Below are positions 34,976-39,016 of a stretch of 39,016 nucleotides of DNA, piece after piece. The DNA is from Candidatus Fermentibacteraceae bacterium. Lineage in GTDB: Bacteria > Fermentibacterota > Fermentibacteria > Fermentibacterales > JCC-6. The translations under genes were made by a program, and so were the position numbers. The stretch spans positions 1 through 39,016 of the forward strand of contig JAGGYZ010000063.1 in assembly GCA_021162285.1 (NCBI GenBank). The letters are read 5' to 3'. Positions within the stretch are counted from its first letter, which is position 1. Each line of letters starts with the position of its first letter. The notes beneath the pieces were generated by a model that saw only the letters and a list, made by a program, of their open reading frames with translations, was not told the DNA's origin and did not search any database.

Positions 34976-35681
34976 AGCTGAACCTGCTTTGAAACACATA
35001 GCCATCATTATGGACGGTAACGGCAGGTGGGCACGCAAGCGGGGGCTTGCCCGTATCAAGGGGCACACTGCAGCGGAAAAATCTATTCATGATGCTGTTG
35101 AGGTTTGTGGAGAAGCCGGAATAAAGTACCTCACTCTTTACGCATTTTCAACGGAGAACTGGTCGCGGCCGAGAGCGGAAGTGAATTTTATTATGAAGCT
35201 GCTCAGCAGGTTTATAAAGGGAAACATAGATGAGCTTCACCGCAAGAATGTCAGGCTTCGTACCACCGGACGTCTCTACGATATTCCTGACGGTCCCCGT
35301 GGTGATCTGGAGAAGGCAATACAGCGGACTTCAGCCAATACAGGTCTCAATCTTGTTCTAGCGCTCAGTTATGGCGGTCGTGCAGAGATTCGCGATGCCG
35401 TAACCATTATTGCAGAAAAGGTAGTTTCTGGTGAGCTCAGTCCTTCCGATATCTCTGAGGAAACAATATCAAACAATTTGTACAACCCGGACATACCTGA
35501 TCCGGATGTTATCATTAGAACAAGCGGTGAGCAGAGGCTTTCAAACTTTCTTCTGTGGCAGTCTGCATACAGTGAGTTTGTTTTTACCCCGGTTCTGTGG
35601 CCGGATTTTCATGCTGAAGAACTTAGAAATTCTCTGGAGGAGTTCAGAGCGAGAAAGAGAAGATTCGGGGGGCTGGAGTAG
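34965..35681 (+). CDS. uppS: Undecaprenyl diphosphate synthase
   Basis: HIAIIMDGNGRWA, YAFSTENW.RP, SYGGR.EI, RTSGEQRLSNFLLWQ, RRFGG. Confidence 0.97.
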   Translation: MRSEAEPALKHIAIIMDGNGRWARKRGLARIKGHTAAEKSIHDAVEVCGEAGIKYLTLYAFSTENWSRPRAEVNFIMKLLSRFIKGNIDELHRKNVRLRTTGRLYDIPDGPRGDLEKAIQRTSANTGLNLVLALSYGGRAEIRDAVTIIAEKVVSGELSPSDISEETISNNLYNPDIPDPDVIIRTSGEQRLSNFLLWQSAYSEFVFTPVLWPDFHAEELRNSLEEFRARKRRFGGLE

Positions 35682-35684
35682 AAT

Positions 35685-36491
35685 ATGGTATTTCCTAAAC
35701 TTTCCGGGCGCCTGCTGATTGCCATTCCAGGTATTGCTCTGTTTCTTGTTGTTCTTTTCAAACTTCCAGTTGTATGGGGAATATTTCTGTTTTCCACCCT
35801 TGCCCTGCTGGCAGGGTACGAATCCACTGCAATGTGTGTTCCCCACGGGCTGAACGAATTTTCCAGAGTACTTGTGGCATTCTTTGCTGGAGTAAGCACA
35901 TACTTTATAGCAGTGGAGCATGTTCTGCAGATACCGGCTCTCATCCTGCCCGGTGCGGCAGTTGCTGTAAGTCTTCTTCACAGTTCAGGCCCTGTGCACT
36001 CGAGAAGGCGCATAGCCGGTACTGCGGGTCTTGCCTCTCTTTACGCCATGGGTTTCGGGCTTATGGGCCGATTGTTCCTGAGCATGGGACCGTGGGTAAT
36101 TCTGGTTGTTCTAGCGATTTGCTGGGTGGGGGACAGTGCAGCTTACTTTGTAGGTGTTTCCATGGGGAAAAACAAACTCATGCCCAGGGTCAGTCCAAAA
36201 AAATCATGGGAGGGTCTTTTCGGTGGTCTTGCCGGGTCAATTGCAGGTGCTCTGGGAGCTGGATATTTCACAGAAATTCCCTTTATTCCGCTGCTTGTTC
36301 TCGGATTTGCCGGAGGTGTTGCCGGCGTGTACGGAGATCTGTTTGAATCCGCGCTGAAAAGAGATGCCGGAGTTAAGGATTCCAGCAGTATTCTGCTGGG
36401 CCACGGAGGAATACTTGACAGATTTGACAGTGCTGTTGTTGTAGCACCTGTTGCTTTGGTTTTGCTGCATCTGTTTGGAATAATCTCATAA
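35685..36491 (+). CDS. cdsA: Phosphatidate cytidylyltransferase
   Basis: DSAAYFVG, SPKKSWEG, GDLFESALKR..VKDS...GHGGILDRFD; multi-TM. Confidence 0.96.
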   Translation: MVFPKLSGRLLIAIPGIALFLVVLFKLPVVWGIFLFSTLALLAGYESTAMCVPHGLNEFSRVLVAFFAGVSTYFIAVEHVLQIPALILPGAAVAVSLLHSSGPVHSRRRIAGTAGLASLYAMGFGLMGRLFLSMGPWVILVVLAICWVGDSAAYFVGVSMGKNKLMPRVSPKKSWEGLFGGLAGSIAGALGAGYFTEIPFIPLLVLGFAGGVAGVYGDLFESALKRDAGVKDSSSILLGHGGILDRFDSAVVVAPVALVLLHLFGIIS

Positions 36492-37582
36492 TGAGCAGGC
36501 GGGTGGCCGTTCTTGGCTCAACGGGATCTGTAGGCAGACAGGCACTTGAGGTTATTGAGCGAAGCGGAGAGCTGTTACTTCACTCCATCGTCTGCAGTTC
36601 TTCTGTTGACAGGCTTGAGCAGCAGGCTGCCAGGTACTCTCCTTCTTATTCTGCAGCCACCGGTTCAGGTAGTGAAACCGATGTACTAGCCCGCGCAATG
36701 GATGGTGCCGACATGGTATTGAACGCTATTGTTGGAAGTGCAGGGTTGCATGCCAGCCTTATGGCCCAGGAAAGAAAGATTCCTCTCGCACTTGCCAACA
36801 AAGAGAGTCTCGTTGTAGGAAGTGATCTGCTCAGGCAGCATCTGTCAGATGGTCTGGTCATTCCTGTGGACAGCGAACACAGCACTGTTTTCAGGTGTCT
36901 TCAGGGAGAATCAAGACCTGTCAGAAGAATAGTGCTTACCGCTTCTGGCGGATCGCTTCGGGACACACCTCTCCATCGCATATACAATGCTTCCCCTGAA
37001 ACAGTTCTTGCTCATCCCACATGGGAAATGGGAGGGAGGATCACTGTGGATTCTGCGAGCATGGTAAACAAAGCTTTTGAGGTTATTGAAGCCAGAGCTC
37101 TGTTCCCGGGTATACCTGTGGATGCTGTTATCCATAGAAGCAGTATTGTTCATTCTCTGGTAGAATCTGCCGACGGGGCCTGGAAGGCACTTCTCGGTCT
37201 CCCGGATATGAAAGTTCCCATTGCCTGGGCACTGCTTTATCCTGAGCTTCCTGCCTATGCTGTCGCTTCGGAGAGCCCTGTCGACTGGGGTAACATTTCT
37301 TTTCTCCCAATGGATAAACATCGTTATCCGGCATTCTATGCAGTTCTCGGAGCAGCCGACGCCGGGGGAACAGCTACAGTTGCAGCCAACGCTGCCGATG
37401 AGATTGCAGTTGAGGCATTTTTGAAGAAGAAAATACCATTTGGCGCGATTGCAGAGGTTATTGAGGAGGTAACAAATCTTACGAAGCCGGAGCCTGTAAT
37501 AGATTTTAATCACATTATGCAGGCGGATTCCACAGCACGAAAAAGTGCCCGAAAGGCGGTAGATCGTCTATGCTCTCTGTAA
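36491..37582 (+). CDS. dxr: 1-deoxy-D-xylulose 5-phosphate reductoisomerase
   Basis: LGSTGSVG, ALANKESLV, PVDSEH, TASGG, HPTW.MG, NK..EVIEA. Confidence 0.96.
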   Translation: MSRRVAVLGSTGSVGRQALEVIERSGELLLHSIVCSSSVDRLEQQAARYSPSYSAATGSGSETDVLARAMDGADMVLNAIVGSAGLHASLMAQERKIPLALANKESLVVGSDLLRQHLSDGLVIPVDSEHSTVFRCLQGESRPVRRIVLTASGGSLRDTPLHRIYNASPETVLAHPTWEMGGRITVDSASMVNKAFEVIEARALFPGIPVDAVIHRSSIVHSLVESADGAWKALLGLPDMKVPIAWALLYPELPAYAVASESPVDWGNISFLPMDKHRYPAFYAVLGAADAGGTATVAANAADEIAVEAFLKKKIPFGAIAEVIEEVTNLTKPEPVIDFNHIMQADSTARKSARKAVDRLCSL

Positions 37583-38805
37583 TAGCTGTTGTTGTCGGTC
37601 TGGGAATGATTGTTTTTTTCCATGAGCTGGGTCACTTCTGGGTGTCGAAGGCTGTAGGGCTTCCTGTGGAGAGATTCAGCATAGGATTTCCCCCTTTCGT
37701 TTTCCGAAAGCAGGCAGGCGAAACTGAATACTGTATTGGATCCATACCGCTTGGCGGTTATGTAAAGGTTAACCTGGGTGTAGGCACTGAGACCGCGTCT
37801 TCAGTAGTGTGGTGGAAACGGGCACTTGTTGTTCTTGCAGGACCGGCGATGAACCTTGTTCTTGCAGCAGTCCTGATGTTTGTTGTTCTGGGAGTTGTGG
37901 GTACTGAAGTTCCTGTGGTTGCCACCACAGTGGGAACTGTCCATATGGCGGGACTTGAAACAGGTGATGTAATACTGAAAGTTTCAGGAACACCAGTGGA
38001 AAACTGGACGGTTCTTTACGAACTTGTGGAACAGCAGGGCAGTGGAGAATTTCTGGTTCAGCGTGGTACCGAGACTCTTTCCATTCCCTTCGATCTGCCC
38101 CCGGACAGTGTTCCCGGGTTTACTCCCCTGTTGCCAACCATCGTTGAATCAACCATAGGGATGCCTGCCTACGAGGCAGGTATCAGATCCGGAGACAGTA
38201 TAATCTCTGTTAATTCAGTACCGGTTATTGATTTTTCTGAGCTGCAGTATGAGGTATCTCAATTTGATGGCTCATTCCTCGAAGCTGTTTTTGTAAGAAA
38301 CGCAGTGGTGGATACTGCGTGGATAGAGCCAATGGATTATGATGGAAGAAGCATAATCGGTGTAACAGCTCTTGGTGAAACAGAGACCATGAAACTGCCG
38401 CTTGCCCGGGCTTTTACCGTAAGCATTAAGGCTGCCCTCGGCGGTGCCGGAACTTTCTTTACCAGTCTCGTGCAGATGGCTGTTAAACCGGCAGAACTGA
38501 TCAGAATGTCCGGAGGACCTGTCTTTGTGGCAGAAACACTCGGGCAGCAGGCCGGGTTCGGTCTATCAAGATTTCTTGAAACCATTGCATACTTCTCACT
38601 GGCCATAATGGGTTTTAACCTGCTTCCTCTACCCATTCTCGATGGAGGACAGTTCCTGTTCATCCTTTACGAGGGGATAAGACGGAAGCCTGCATCGGCA
38701 AAGGTGGTTCAGGTTGCACAGCACATTGGAATTATGCTTCTGCTCCTGCTGTTCGCCGCAGTGATTTACAAGGATATATCAAGGGTTGTAACAAGGATAA
38801 GGTAA
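37570..38805 (+). CDS. rseP: RIP metalloprotease RseP (M50, PDZ)
   Basis: HELGH, FSIGF, IPLGGYV, AGP..N, PDZ (PAYEAGI..GD.I..VN), NLLPLPILDGG. Confidence 0.95.
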   Translation: MLSVIAVVVGLGMIVFFHELGHFWVSKAVGLPVERFSIGFPPFVFRKQAGETEYCIGSIPLGGYVKVNLGVGTETASSVVWWKRALVVLAGPAMNLVLAAVLMFVVLGVVGTEVPVVATTVGTVHMAGLETGDVILKVSGTPVENWTVLYELVEQQGSGEFLVQRGTETLSIPFDLPPDSVPGFTPLLPTIVESTIGMPAYEAGIRSGDSIISVNSVPVIDFSELQYEVSQFDGSFLEAVFVRNAVVDTAWIEPMDYDGRSIIGVTALGETETMKLPLARAFTVSIKAALGGAGTFFTSLVQMAVKPAELIRMSGGPVFVAETLGQQAGFGLSRFLETIAYFSLAIMGFNLLPLPILDGGQFLFILYEGIRRKPASAKVVQVAQHIGIMLLLLLFAAVIYKDISRVVTRIR

Positions 38806-38915
38806 TTTTTCATAAGAAGTTTCAGGCCTGTTCTACCCTGCATGTTCAGACATAACACTGTTCCTGGTGTTGTTAAAGCACTGCTCTGGACCTATTCACA
38901 TCACGGCTTGATTTG

Positions 38916-39016
38916 CTACAGAAGGTCGGCCTGTGCAGCTTCCAGACGGGACTGCTGCTCCAGCTGGTCAAGTTTTGATGCCGTGTCTGCTGCAGCCCTG
39001 AAAAACACAGGCCATA
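38916..39016 (-). CDS. 3' end of a convergent gene entering from the window edge
   Basis: Minus frame ..WPVFFRAAADTASKLDQLEQQSRLEAAQADLL-TAG reads like protein; too short to identify. Confidence 0.4.
   Translation of the reverse strand, partial: WPVFFRAAADTASKLDQLEQQSRLEAAQADLL

Overview
A gene-dense bacterial chromosomal window, almost all on the + strand. It looks like an anaerobic diderm: it has sigma70-type promoters, Shine-Dalgarno sites, T9SS/FlgD-like C-terminal sorting domains and a large SRP RNA, which together suggest a non-Bacteroidota FCB-group lineage such as Ca. Fermentibacterota (inference only). Housekeeping blocks are plsX-fabH-fabG-acpP-fabF-rnc running straight into bcd-etfB-etfA; ffs-dnaX-ybaB-recR-pgsA-pgpA-cinA-thpR-recA-recX; and rplM-rpsI-rpsB-tsf-pyrH-frr-uppS-cdsA-dxr-rseP. 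There are three tRNAs (Ser-TGA, Ser-GGA, Ala-CGC). The middle (about 8.7-23.3 kb) holds poorly characterised envelope and signalling genes: a TPR-PEGA-TonB-C protein, a lipoprotein plus S8 protease pair, an Omp28-like CxxC protein, an ~850-aa TPR protein with an acidic disordered region carrying about 10 DLxAIFG motifs, and a membrane-anchored PP2C-like protein lacking its catalytic aspartates. Other points of interest are a Lys/Ala/Pro repeat tail on ribosomal protein S2, probable CTG/ATA start codons overlapping upstream stops, a candidate LexA box in the recA promoter, and two unexplained structured intergenic RNAs. I saw no mobile elements, CRISPR arrays or rRNA. No single new multi-gene system can be proven from the sequence alone.
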